This document shows, piece by piece, positions 35,351 through 47,534 of a stretch of 64,000 nucleotides of DNA (the stretch's first letter is position 1; each line of letters opens with the position of its first letter). Below the pieces are notes generated by a model. It made no database searches. It saw nothing but the letters and a program-made list of their open reading frames with translations, and was not told the origin of the DNA. Location: the NCBI RefSeq assembly GCF_018977255.1, contig NW_024704742.1, positions 132,744,001 to 132,808,000 on the forward strand, written 5' to 3'. The translations under genes were made by a program, and so were the position numbers. The DNA is from Callorhinchus milii (Eukaryota).

Positions 35351-37436
35351 TCCTTAGCATTTCAGAGCATTCAGAGTTTGACAAATTCTTATACACAGCC
35401 TTGATTTTAAGCTTTATTTCTCCCCCTCCATGTTCATCACTTTTAAGAGCTGCAGAAAGTTAAGAGCTGCCTTCAAAGTTAAGACTGGATTGAACAATTT
35501 GCTCATTTCTGCACGCAATGAAATGCTACATGAATGGAGTAAATTTCAACCCAAGTGGAATTCCTCTCCCTAAGTGGCTTTTCCTGCACGCACGGGAATT
35601 TCTGTGGCTTGGCAGATGTCTAACCACAAGAGAAGATAGGAACATAGACAGAAGAACTCAGAACAGAGGAAAAAGACACAGAGGAACATAATCACAGATG
35701 AATAACAACAACTTATTATTGTTATTAATAATAATCCTTGCATTTAATATAGTGCCCCTCGTGCAGGATAGTGTCCCAGAGCGCTTGACAGTGACAGAGC
35801 ATGACGACGAGTCAGGGGGAGGGGGGAGGTGACCGTATGCACGGTCGAAGAGCAAGATCTTCAGGCACGACATGAAAATGGGGAAGAAGGAGGCAAGGCG
35901 GAGGGATTGAGGGAGAGTGTTTCAGAGCTTCGGGATGTAGTGGTTGACATATACAGAGGAATTGAAAAACGGAAGAAAAACAGTCTGCAGTTCAGCTCGG
36001 CGAGCTTGTTTCACCGTTTTTATAAGAACAATTATCCTTGCATTTGATGTAACTTCTTATCAAGTCATTAACATTTCTCAATGTGCTTCATAGGATTTTA
36101 TTGTGAAGTGTAACGACTGTGTATTTTGTAGGAAAATATAGCATCCTATTTGTGCACGACAGCTCACAAACAGCCACAAAGTGAATGACCAATTTTATTG
36201 GGGGGGATTGTTGGCTGGGACACAGGGAGAATCTTCTTTCTCGTTTTGAATAGTGCCACAAGATCATTAGCATCCACCTGTACAAGCACAGACAGGTTTA
36301 AACAGCTCGGTTTAAAAGTCTCATCCGAAGGGCAGCGCCTCTGACTGCCCCAGCACTGTGAGTTCAAAGTCCTGACGTGGGGCTTGAATGTGCAAACCTT
36401 CCGACTCGGGAGGAGAGAGAAAACGCCATTGATCGACCTTAAGCAATCAAGCGGGTGGCGATAATGCTCGCTCCAAACACCGAGCCCCCTCCCTTCCCCC
36501 TACACATCCACCTCCCTCCCACCGCACACACATCCACCTACCCCCACCCCACCACCCGTGTAAGATTGAGTTTCAAACTGGCAACTGTGGAAAAAGGGGC
36601 CGAGTGTTACCACCTGCGTGAGCAGCCTTCAAAACAACTGCTCCTGTTCCACCAGAAACCCATCATTAATAGCAACCGGAGCAAATTATCAGGCTTGACT
36701 CCCAACCATATATCACACTGAGAACAGGCAAGATGTTTATCAGCACCAGCAGCTGTCACAAGTGGCACTTCCCTTCCCCCACCTCTCCCTTTCCCCCCTC
36801 CGTGCTTGGTTTACATCCTTTAATTATGTCTTAAAACTGCAGAAAGGGCTTTTCACACACACAAAAAAAAGAGGACTAAAGAATGGAAGTCTCATTTGAA
36901 GTCATGTCTCGCAGTTACATTTATGACTTCCTGTCTTCGCACTGCCACGTCATGTCCAGTGGGGCCCTTTCTGTACGTTTCCTCAGGATTCAGCCCAGTC
37001 TTGTGTGTGTGTGTTTTTCTCTCTCTCTCTTTCTCTTTACGCAAAAAGGCTCCTTTTTATTACATCCTGTGCTCGCTGGTTTGTTATTATATCACACAAC
37101 GTTTTTTTTTCTCTCTCGGGTCGAGCCTGGTGATGTATGGGTCTGAGGAACTGACCCAGAAAAATTCCAGGACAAGAAAACAGTCCTCTCTTCACCCCCC
37201 ACCCCCCCCTTCCTGGCCCCCCGTCAGTCTGTGGCAGAATGGACGTCAATTTATGGTTCATGATTGTGCCATTTGCAGGCTTGATAAATGGCACCAACCT
37301 CCTTTTTATTCTCTCTCTGCCCCCTTTACCTTGAGAACATTCTCATGGACACAAAGTTGGGGAACAGGTTTTCGGTCAGTCTGTTGGAAGTGTCAGAGCA
37401 ACACACCGTACCTCTGCTGTTTTTGTTTCTGCGATA

Positions 37437-37881
37437 AGAATAATCCCTGCAATTGATACAAGGCCTTGCACGTGGGGAAGATGTCTCAAAACGCTTCACA
37501 GGCTTTACTGTAAAGTGTAGTGGTGACTGTGTTTTGTAGGTCAATGTGGCAGCCAATTTGTGCACAGCAATGTCCCACAAACAGCCATGAGGTGAGTGGC
37601 CAATTTTATCGGTGGGATCGTTGGCCAGGACTCGGGGGGAGCTCCCTTCTCTTTTCAGATCGCGCCATGGGATCTTTAACACCCACCTGAACAGGCAGAC
37701 AAGGGAACTAGTTTAGCATCTCATCTGAAAGACGGCACCTCGGACAATGCAGCACTCCTAACAGCACAGCACTGGAGAGTCAACCATGATAAGTGTCAGG
37801 TCAAAGTCCGGATGCTGTGTTTAAACCCACAACTTGTTGACTCAAGAGGCAAGAGTGCTACTAACTGTGCTAGGCTGACAC
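37437..37881 (-). mobile_element. SINE family B (DeuSINE-like), full length
   Basis: Head GTGTCAGCCTAGCACAGTTAGTAGCACTC…GTGGGTTTAAAC; body GGTGCCGTCTTTCAGATGAGA…CTGCCTGTTCAGGTGG…TAAAGATCCCATGGC…GTTTGTGGGACATTGCTGTGCACAAATTGGCTGCC, which matches the Deu domain of SacSINE1/AmnSINE1 as I recall it. Confidence 0.85.
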
Positions 37882-40194
37882 GCTGCTGACACGGCCCATC
37901 CCCACCCTACCCCACCCTGTGTAATAGATCCCTCTACCAGAGGGAAGAGCAATCCACTACTTTACATAATAGATTTATGAGCACTCCCTTGCTTTCTGAA
38001 TCAGGTTTCCTGAGCGAAATGAAACTGCCGAGTGCCATGGAAGAGTTCAGGCGCCTGTTCATTTTTTCTTGTTGCCGAGCTTTCCTTACATAACAGCTCG
38101 AGAATGTGCACCAATATCTAAGCTTCCCCCGGCCGGCCCAACGGACAGCCCCAACTAGACAGAGATTGGCTTTCAGAGGCTTCACATCTGAGCTGACATT
38201 TCTCCATGTCATGCAGTTGATTTGAATGCCTTTGGCAACAGAGACAATGAACGTTTTGACGTAGGGTTGTAATGAATCAACCACTTGATACCTTCTGTAG
38301 ATGGACCTCTGGCACCCATTATCTTTTGATCAATATTTCCCCCACTTCCCATTATCACTTAATTTTTCTCACTGCTTTGTCACTGCCTGTGCAGGTGGTT
38401 TGTTACCACGGCGCTATTCGAAAAGAGAAGGGAGTTTCTCCCTGTATCCCGGGCAACAATCCCCTCCAGATACAATTGGTCACTCATTGCATGGCTGTTT
38501 GTGGGACATTGCTGCGTGCAAATTCGCCATAAAATATGGCATTTTATAGTAAATCCAGTGAAGTGTTTTGAGGTGCCTCGATGACATGATAAGGCGCTGT
38601 ATTCAAATGCAATAATTTTTTAAAATAATTTATAGCAGCTGGGGAGGGGGGGGAGGGGGCTTCCGACTGATTTACATTGCTTTCACCTGAAACCCTCAAA
38701 AAACATAAACCTTTCTCAGGCACTGGTTTAATTTTCAGGAGCTTTAAAGCTGCATTACATTTGACATAAGGGAACATCTCACAACTAAGCCAGCTGTGAC
38801 AAAGGGATACAAGCTATTACTCTTTCTGAGTGGGAGATTGGAAGAAACATTTTCACTCAAGAAGCTTGTTTAAAAAAAATGGGTGTTTCTGGCACATGCT
38901 TAAGAGTATCCAAACCAAATTGAGAATTCCATGCATCCCACCATCACATGGAAATTCCCGAAATATTTATTGGAATGAAATGTGAGATAAGGCTTGTTAG
39001 AACATGGAGCAATTTGCCACAAGTGGCTATTGAGGTAGAGGAAGCAACAATGTTTTCAAGGGAACTGAATGAACACATGAATAGAAGGAATAGGGTAAGA
39101 TATTGGGGGTTAAACTCACAACCTTCTGACTCAGAGGTGAGAGTGCCAGGTTGACACCTTATTTATTCAATGACTTTATTACACATTGGGGTGGGTGGGG
39201 GAGGGTTGCATTAAATTTCATAGAAGAGAAAAATCTACTGTTTTTCAGCTGGGTATCTGACACACACAGAAACCCATCGCTGTGCTTAAGAATATCCAAC
39301 CCAAACTCAGAGCCCCATGCATCCCACCTACATATGGATATTCCCCAGTGTTTGGAGGGACTTAAGCTGCTTACCTAATTCCAAAGAGTATTAGGAGCAG
39401 GTTGGCAAGAGCCAAGGTTTAGGGTCGTCAAAGGGTGCGTTGGGGTACTGCAGGAGTCTAAAACCACATAGCTTGTCATTGAGATCAGTATCTGGTGGGA
39501 TTCTGTAGCCTGTGGTTACAATTGATAATAATAATCCTTGCATTTGATATAGCGCCTTATCAAGTCTTTGAGATGTCATAAAGCTCCTCACAGAATACAC
39601 TGTAAAGTGAATTGACTCTATATCTTTTGGGCGAAATGCAGCAGCCAATTTTCAACAGCAGTGTCCCACAAACAGTCATGGATTGAGTCACCAACAGAGA
39701 TGTGTGGAGTAAGGTTTCGCCCCACCCGGGAATCGAACTGGGTCCTCTCGCTTGCGAGACTAGTGTTCTAACCAATAGGCTACAGAACTCCACAATTGTA
39801 TCCAAGGAGGAGGAGATGGCGTTGGGCGTCTAACAGGTAGCTTCTCTTACAGACTCAATGTTTCCAGTCTGCATTCTCTCCTATTCTCAAAGGGTCATAA
39901 ATCAGCATTGTAAAAACACAGGCCCTTTCCAGCACATCTGACATATTCACAATGACCAGCCCGTAAATAAGGCTTCATCTAGGTCAAGCACTCGGCACAG
40001 CTTTCTTTCGTTTTTCAGGCTGCCTGTCATATTTTACGTCTGTTTAGATTTGGGCTTATAATTACACCCAAAAAACGATGTAAGCAAACACAGCTGCGGG
40101 TTTTCTGAATAAATGCTATTTATACCGGGAGGGTTTGGAGATTGGGGGGGGTGGGGGGGTAGGTGAGGAACTGGGTGAGGGAATTGCCTTTGAA

Positions 40195-40702
40195 ATGAGA
40201 TTATTCAGAACTCTGCAGGTCGTGTCCTCTCCTGCTCCAGGTTCAGCGAACCGATCACCATCATCCTTGCCCGGTTTCACTGGCTCCCCAACCCTCATTC
40301 TCACCTTCAAAGTCCTCCACAGTCCTGCTCCCCAAAATCTCTCTGACCTCCTAACCCCATATCAGCCTGTTCGCTCCCTCCGCTCAGCGGACACCGTTCT
40401 GCTTCAGGTCCCCCATGCTTTCCACCCCACCATTGGCGATCGGGCATTCAGCATCTCAGCCCCCACACTCTGGAACTCTAATGCGCAATCCCTCCATCTC
40501 ACCCCCTCCCTTGCTTCCTTCAAGTCCCGTCTAAAGACCTTCCTCTTTGAATTGTGCCTTTGGTCACTTTCCCACCTCCGCTGCCCTCCACCCCTCCTGA
40601 CCGCAACTTCCAGCTCGGCTCCAAAAAACCCTGATTGGCCAGAGCCCCAGGATGTCTTCCTTATGTGAAGAATGCTATATAAGTGTAATTTGTTGTTGTT
40701 GT
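40195..40702 (+). mobile_element. L2 LINE 3' fragment
   Basis: ILTFKVLHSPAPQNLSDLLTPYQPVRSLRS…IGDRAFSISAPTLWNS…FKSRLKTFLF; (TTG)n tail. Confidence 0.9.
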
Positions 40703-41809
40703 GATGAAGAGGTTCTGGAATGATCAGGGTTTGGGGGATGTGGGTGGAGAGTAGGGGTTTATTTTGCCGAGATGGCAAAGTGGGGATTCTTGGCTCTTCC
40801 CAATCGGGGTGGGAAGGACATGCCCTTCACCATTCTCGTGGGCAATCCCCACTCTCTTTTTCCTGCCATTCCGAAAGCCATTAGATGGAGCAAACCTGAT
40901 TTGAATTTCCCGCTCCAGAACTTCTTTGGTCTATGGACCGAGTCCACTCACTATGCAAGTGGGCAGCCTATTCACACCCAGCAATATCCTGCCATAAAAT
41001 GGGTGATCTACTTGTAATCCCAATTTAGATGCTAAATTGAAGGACGGCATTTCCGACAATACAGTGCTCACCCCACACCCAGCATTGCATTGGAGTGTCA
41101 GCCAGGACTGTGAACTCAAATTCACAATGCGAGACTTGAACCCACAAGCTTGTGACTCCAAGGCGAGGGTGCTTCCCACTGAGCTAGGCTGGCACTTTGC
41201 GATATCTCTGGGCAAATCAAATGCAAATATGCTTTATTGTAATTGTGGTGTCAGGAGAGCGCAAGCATTCTGCTCTTAAGGCTCTGACCGAGAGTTTTGA
41301 TTTGCAACGGATGAGAATGTAGCTTTAAAAATATTATCTCTGCCTACATGTCAAAATAAGGTGTGGAGATCAATGACGCACTGTGGATAAGTGGACCTCA
41401 CCCACTCAAGTCAGGTTTAAGGTGTGACAGTGCTTCTCTTTACATTCGGTAACTGTCTGAACATGCTGAGCGGGTGTCTGCTCCAGGGGCCGTCAGCATC
41501 AGGATGTCAACGTCAGACACAACACTGGGAACAAAGCAACTTCCAGGCCATCAGCTGTTTCACCAGTTCAATGGAAAGCCAATGCCAAGCCTTGCCTAAG
41601 AAAATAAGTAGTAAAAGTATGGAACAGGCTCCCCAGGGAATCGATGGGTGGAAGCAGAAAGTGTTGTTTGTTTCAATAATATATCAGATAGATTTCTGCT
41701 AGAAAATAATATCTCAGGATACAGTATATAGTTTGGGACACAACACGACAGGATGGTGGGAGGTCCAGTAGATGGACGTTGCTCTTCTTCCACCCAGCAA
41801 GTTCTTACG

Positions 41810-42088
41810 TTCTTCTGTGGTTGTAGCTGGTTCGATTCCAGCAGTACCCCAATGCACCTCTGGGGTCCCCAAGCCTCGACTCTTGCTAACTTATGGCTAA
41901 TACTTTCCAGAGTTAGGTAAACAGGATGTGTCCCTCCAGGGAGAGAGTGCGCATTCCATTCCAACAATCTATCTCTGGAATTTCCACGTGTAGGTGGGAT
42001 GCCTGGAATTCTCAGTTTGGTTTGGCTCCTCTTAAGCAACGGTGATGGGTTTCCACATGTGTCAGACACCTGACTGACCTAAATAAAA
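41810..42088 (+). repeat. Unclassified repeat family C (3' portion)
   Basis: CAGGATGTGTCCCTCCAGGGAGAGAGTGCGCATTCCATTCC…GGTGATGGGTTTCCACATGTGTCAGACAC. Confidence 0.88.
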
Positions 42089-42157
42089 TCACCAGTTTAT
42101 GAGATTGTGGCAGATCTTTTAATCTAATTCTCCCACTTTTTCTCTAATTCCCTTACG

Positions 42158-42634
42158 AATAATAATCATAAAAATCCTTGCATTTGATATAGTGCCTTTC
42201 CCAATGGGAGGACATCTCAAAGTGCTTCACAGGATTTACTGTATCGTGATGTGCACTATGCAGGAATGTACAGTGTAGTGACTGTGTATTTTTGTTGGTG
42301 AAACACAGCAGCCAATTTACACACAGCAACATCACACAAACAGCCATCAAGTGAATGATCATTTTTAGTTGTTGGCCAGGACGGCCGGAGAAACTCTCCT
42401 CTCTTTTCGAGTAGTGCAGTGGGATCTTTAGTGCCACCAGAAAGGGACAGATGGGAACTTGGTTTAACCCCTCATCCGAAAACTACAACACCTCTGACAA
42501 AGTAGTGCTCCCCCCTACATTGTATTGGAGTTTCAGCCTAGACTAAATGATTTCAAAGTCCCGACATGGGGCTCGAACCTACAACCTTCTGACTCAGAAG
42601 CGAGAGAGCGCAACTAACTGAGTCAGGCTGACAC
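42158..42634 (-). mobile_element. SINE family B (DeuSINE-like), full length
   Basis: Same head (GTGTCAGCCTGACTCAGTTAG…GGTTCGAGCCC), Deu-like body and L2-like tail. Confidence 0.85.
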
Positions 42635-44175
42635 CCTATGGGATATGGAAGTATTATTGATTATCATTAATATAATTATTATCCCACCCCTAGCTTGGAT
42701 GCAAACCCAGGACTGTCCAGCATCTTGAGATGTCCTCCTGACGTGAAAGGCGTTATAAATATGTATATACACAAAAAGTGTGGGCACTCAATCCACAACT
42801 GTTTGTGGGACACTGCTGTACGCAATTGGCTGCCATGTTTCTCTCACAAAATACAGTCAATCCACTTCGCAATATATTGTGTGAAGCGCTTTGAGAAGTC
42901 TCAACAAAGTGCTAAGGTGCTATATGCTATAAATACAAGGATTATTATTTTTTGTTGTTGTATTATTCTTATTCTTATTGAGCACGTCCATCTGCTCCGT
43001 GATAATACGAGCCCTGGCTGTATGAGTCTACATTTCCCTTACAGTTTGACAGATGCTTGTTCTGTGGGAAAAGGAGCCACTCTTCCCTGTCCCGAGCACC
43101 ATAAAACTGTAAATGAATTGCACCTTGCCAGCACAACATAATTCCAGGATGTGACCTTCCTCTCTGATCCGGGCCTAAACTCCACCACTCAGCATAGTTT
43201 ACATGGAGAGTAAAGAGAAAATATTACAACATGCGTGCTTGTGTAGAGTATAAACACCGCTAAGGACTAATTGGGCTGAATGGCTTGTTTCCGTGCTTTT
43301 TCTATCTTTAAAGCCACCTTAAAGACCTACCTCTTCAACCGTGCCTATAGTCACCTAACCCCTACCCGCTTCTCCCAACCCTGGAATGGTGCAGTATTCC
43401 GAGACACTATCCTGTGTGATGGGTGCTCCTTAAATGAATACATGTAGCATCACTTTGTGCAACTCTATGTGATGTGGAGGAGGAGACTTATTCAATGATG
43501 TGATCTGGACCAGTTTTTTAATTACCACCATGAACACCATCATAGTACTTAAGAGCATCCAAACCAGACAGAGTTCTACATGTGCGTCGCCTACACATGG
43601 AAATTCTCGTGCCTGCAATGGAATGCGCACTCTTTCCCCAGAGGAATGCACATTCTGCATACCTAATTCCTGCAAGTTTTAGGCATAAGTTGGTGAGAGC
43701 CAAGGCTTGGAGTTGGGGGTGAATTCTACCCCAATCACAACAAATTAGATTGAATCTACAGGATGTCCACAAAGTCATGTTACCCCATGTGTTTTTCCTC
43801 TACAGTGCACTGACCAACAATTGAAACACTTGGAAGAATGATGATAATTGTATTTAGAAGTACTTTTTTATATTCAATACAGGGAGTAACAGGACTTTGT
43901 GTCCACCCTGTACAGCACAAAAAAAAACCATTGGGCCCAACTGTGTCAGAGTTTATACTTCACATGAACCTCCATCCCTCCTAACCTTCTGTATTAGCTT
44001 TACCCCTCAAAGGTTTGCACACTGAGTTTCCTCGTATATATAGTGCTGTTCTTGGTATACAATCTGTAAAGACTATGAGGATTTCGGATCTGAGATTTCT
44101 TCAGTGCCGTAGTGGACGAATAGAGAGACAGACGTACACACAGACAGCCAGGGGAAATCTTAGAGCTACACTCAC

Positions 44176-44248
44176 CCCTCTTTTGCATAAAACTGAACAG
44201 GTCATCCAGAAATTCTTTCCTCTTCGGATCGTCATCCAGCTCATACAG
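44176..44248 (-). CDS. ARID3: ARID3-family transcription factor, internal coding exon (73 bp; start of ARID domain)
   Basis: Translates as LYELDDDPKRKEFLDDLFSFMQKRG, the N-terminal ARID helices of ARID3A/B/C. Acceptor TTCTCTTTCAG| (AG at 44250-44249), donor |GTGAGT at 44175; phase 0 to phase 1. Confidence 0.97.
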
Positions 44249-44369
44249 CTGAAAGAGAACAGAAACAAAAATAGTTATCAGCTCATTTTTTAGTGGCATG
44301 GCAAAAAGTGAAAGGTGTAATTGGTAATATCAGGCATTATAATACTACTGCTACTACTACTAATAATAA

Positions 44370-44925
44370 TACTGCTAATAATCATCCTTGCATTTGATCT
44401 GGGCTTTATCACCTTGTTGTTACATCTCAAAGCAATCCACAGGATTTTACTGTGAAGAGTAGCGACTGTGTATGTGAACTTGGCTTGCAGCCAATTTGTG
44501 CACAGCAATGTCCCATAAACAGATATGAAGTGAGTGACTAGTTTTATTTGGGGGATTGTTGGACAGGACACTGGGGCTTTGAACTCATGTATTCAGTTCA
44601 GTGCCAGGGGAGTGTTGCATTGTTGGGAGATGCCATCCTTCGGATGAGACGTTAAACACAGGCCTTGTCTGCCTGTTCAGGTGGACGTTAAAAAAAATAC
44701 CAGAGTACAATTGAAAAAGAGAAGGGAGTTTCTTCTGGAGTCCTGGTAAACAATCCCCAGATAGGAAGTTGGTCATTCACTTCATGGCTGTTTGTAGGAC
44801 ATTGCTGTGCACACATTGCTTGCTGGGTTCACCTACAAAATATACAGTCATTTCACTTTACAGTATATCTTTGAGACATCCTCCTGAAATGAAAGACACG
44901 ATACCAAATGTAAGGATTATTATGA
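44370..44925. mobile_element. Inverted pair of family B SINE fragments (~44370-44575 minus; ~44600-44925 plus)
   Basis: GCACAGCAATGTCCCATAAACAG (44499-44522) is reverse-complementary to CTGTTTGTAGGACATTGCTGTGC (44788-44810). Confidence 0.82.
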
Positions 44926-46900
44926 TTATCATTGATTCAATTTGACGTCACAAGCATTGGATCAAAGGATTATTATTAATTGAAACAGTAAGATAAGACT
45001 GCTGTACTCTAGTGTATTTGAAGTCTACTAGCATTGTATTGTTTCATTAATAAATAAGGAAATGTATAATAATAATAATAATACTTCCATTTGACACAGC
45101 GCCTTATCAGGTCAAAACGTCTGAAAGCATTTTACTAAGTGAATCACTTTGAAGTTCAGAGACTGTTGTCATGTAGGTAAACACAGCCTTTAGTCTTTGT
45201 CAGCCATAGAACAGCAGTGATATGAAGCACTATATTTAATTATTTGGTGAATTTAGATGAGAGAGCAATTTTGGCCAGGACATTGGGAGAAACTCCCTTC
45301 TCCTTTGTCAAAACAATGCCTTGGGACCGTTAAATATCCAAAAGAAAAGGCAGAAGGGACCCCAGTTTAGTGTGTCATCCTAAAGAAAGCCATTCCGACA
45401 ATGAGCACTCTTTCTGTACTGGACGTCAGTAAATACTAACTAGGTTTTAGCACTAATCATTGCAACTGTAGTAAGAATAACAATCCCTGTATTTGACATA
45501 GCACCTTATCACCTCGTTGAAATGTCTCAAAGTGCTTTGCAGGATTGACCGCATAGTGTAATGATTGCTTATTTATAAGCCAACGCGGAAACCAATTTGA
45601 TCACAGAACCTTCCATCCCACAATGAAGTGAGTGAGGAATTTTATCCGGGGGATTGTTGTCCTGGATTCCAGGATAAACTCCCTTCTCTTTTCGATAAGT
45701 TTCACTGCGATCTTCCGTGTCCTGAATTGGCAGCGAGTACCTTGGCTTTAACATCTCACCCAAGGGATATATTACAGTGCTCCCCCACTGGAGTGTCTGC
45801 TGGGAGCTGGGATTCTTCCCACTCAACTCCTGTTAACCCTGCGAGCCAAAGCTCTAAATGGTAGAATGGTTCTAGCTGAACAAGCAGTGGAACACTTTCC
45901 AGACAGTGCTCTCAATAGCAAGCTGTTTGAGCTGGTTAAACTCCAGAAGTGCCCAAACGTATACTCTGGGATGCCCCAAGCCTTGGATCCTACCAACCTG
46001 GACCAAATACCCAGACTTTGAGCTTGAAGACTCAACGTGGAGCTTGAACCCCAATGAATTAAGATCATTTAAAGGGTCAAAATTTAATCCAGGTGTCAAA
46101 ATTTAAGTATAGTACCACATGCAGTAACTACTACCAATGACAAGCACCACAGATAGACAGTATTGCAAAGTACCATAAATACTGTGGTCGTTAAGTACTA
46201 CGAACAGTAAATAGAATGAATGGCTGGAACTATTGACGCTAACTACAGTATTATGAATAGTCAGAAGTACGAGAGTGAGGCCCTGAATACTAAGCTCTAT
46301 GAGCGCTAAGTATTATGAAGTACGTAGTATATCCTGTGAAAGACTATTGTTATAGAAGAGACTCCTACACAATACTCAACAACTTGCATTTAGTTAAAAC
46401 CCGTCATGTAAGTTAACGTCTCGGACTACTTTACAAGGGGGTGGGGGGGGTCAGACACGAGCAAGGGGAGAGGAGGTGGGGTGCAGGGAAAGAGGGAAGT
46501 GACTTTAGGCACATTGAAAGAGGTAGGTTTCAAAGTGGGACGTAAATGCAGCCAGAATCAGTTTAGTTCACAGCGAACTAGAATCTCCGAGAGGGAAAAA
46601 GTCAGACAGGCAATAACAAAGACAGATACACACTGTTCTCTCAGATAGGAATGAAAATAACATAGTGGGTGGAATGAGATGCGGTGGGGGGAGGGGGCGG
46701 GCAGGGGGATGGTGAGGGCTTGCGCTGTTATGTGAGAGTGCAAATCAAAACTGTTATTGTTAACAGCAAGTGACTGACTATGTGACAGCCTGTGAGTTTA
46801 ACAGCTGTATATACTGGACCAGGCTCACCACCAGCCACTGGTTCTGAGCCTGTTTTACTGCACTCCTCATGGGACGAGCAAACTAGTGACTTTCTTTATT

Positions 46901-47417
46901 GGGGGGGAAGGTAAGCCGGGTCTCCTTGGAACTAACCTGGCTCCTAGGTGACATGTTTGGCAACGGAATGTCAGAATCAAGTCAACCCTCTGTGGTGGTC
47001 TCGCTAGTCTGATTCCTGAGTCAGGTGGGTCCGCAGTATTTCAGGGCACTGCTGATGACGGCATAGCCAGCCTGACAAATCAGCAGGATTTGGAGGAGCA
47101 GACCAGTCACTAGGGCAGGGATTATTAACCCTGCAAGCCAAAGCCCTAATGGGTAAGATCGACAGGAAGCTTGCCAGTCAGTACTCTTAATGACAAGCTG
47201 TGGGATTTTAGATGGTTACACTCCAGAAGTTATTGCATCACACAATCTGAGGTCTCCCGAGCCTTGACTCTTGCCAACCAGTGTTCAATACTCTCAATGC
47301 ATTTTCCATTCCATGAGTAGGTGGCATACATATGTGGAACCCTCTATCTGGTTTGGATACACCTAACTACGGTGATGGGTTTCTACACTTGTCATACAAT
47401 GGGCTGACGAAGAAAAC
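46901..47417 (+). repeat. Unclassified interspersed repeat, family C (end-to-end copy with internal deletions)
   Basis: Homologous to ~2325-2797, 5000-5370, 15540-16165, 23090-23250, 30128-30352, 38880-38980, 39240-39490, 41810-42088, 43520-43722 and 45800-46005. Confidence 0.85.
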
Positions 47418-47534
47418 GCAATGAGCACAGAATTGAATAATAGTTCCTTCTGTGAAGTAGCAGAGATGGCTGTAAAGCTCTACCCCAATGAAAGGTAACA
47501 GGAGTTAAACACCTTCAGGAAAGAAGAGGAAGCA

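Larger units (their letters stand above)
3457..44175 (-). other. 40,719-bp GT-AG intron of the ARID3 gene
   Basis: The flanking exons join in frame (…QKRG|TPVN…) with no ARID residues missing, so no intervening constitutive coding exon is needed. Confidence 0.9.

Noticed and set aside
36896..37456. 186-aa ORF on plus
   Set aside because: Runs through (TG)/(TC) microsatellite and poly-C tracts; no domain similarity.
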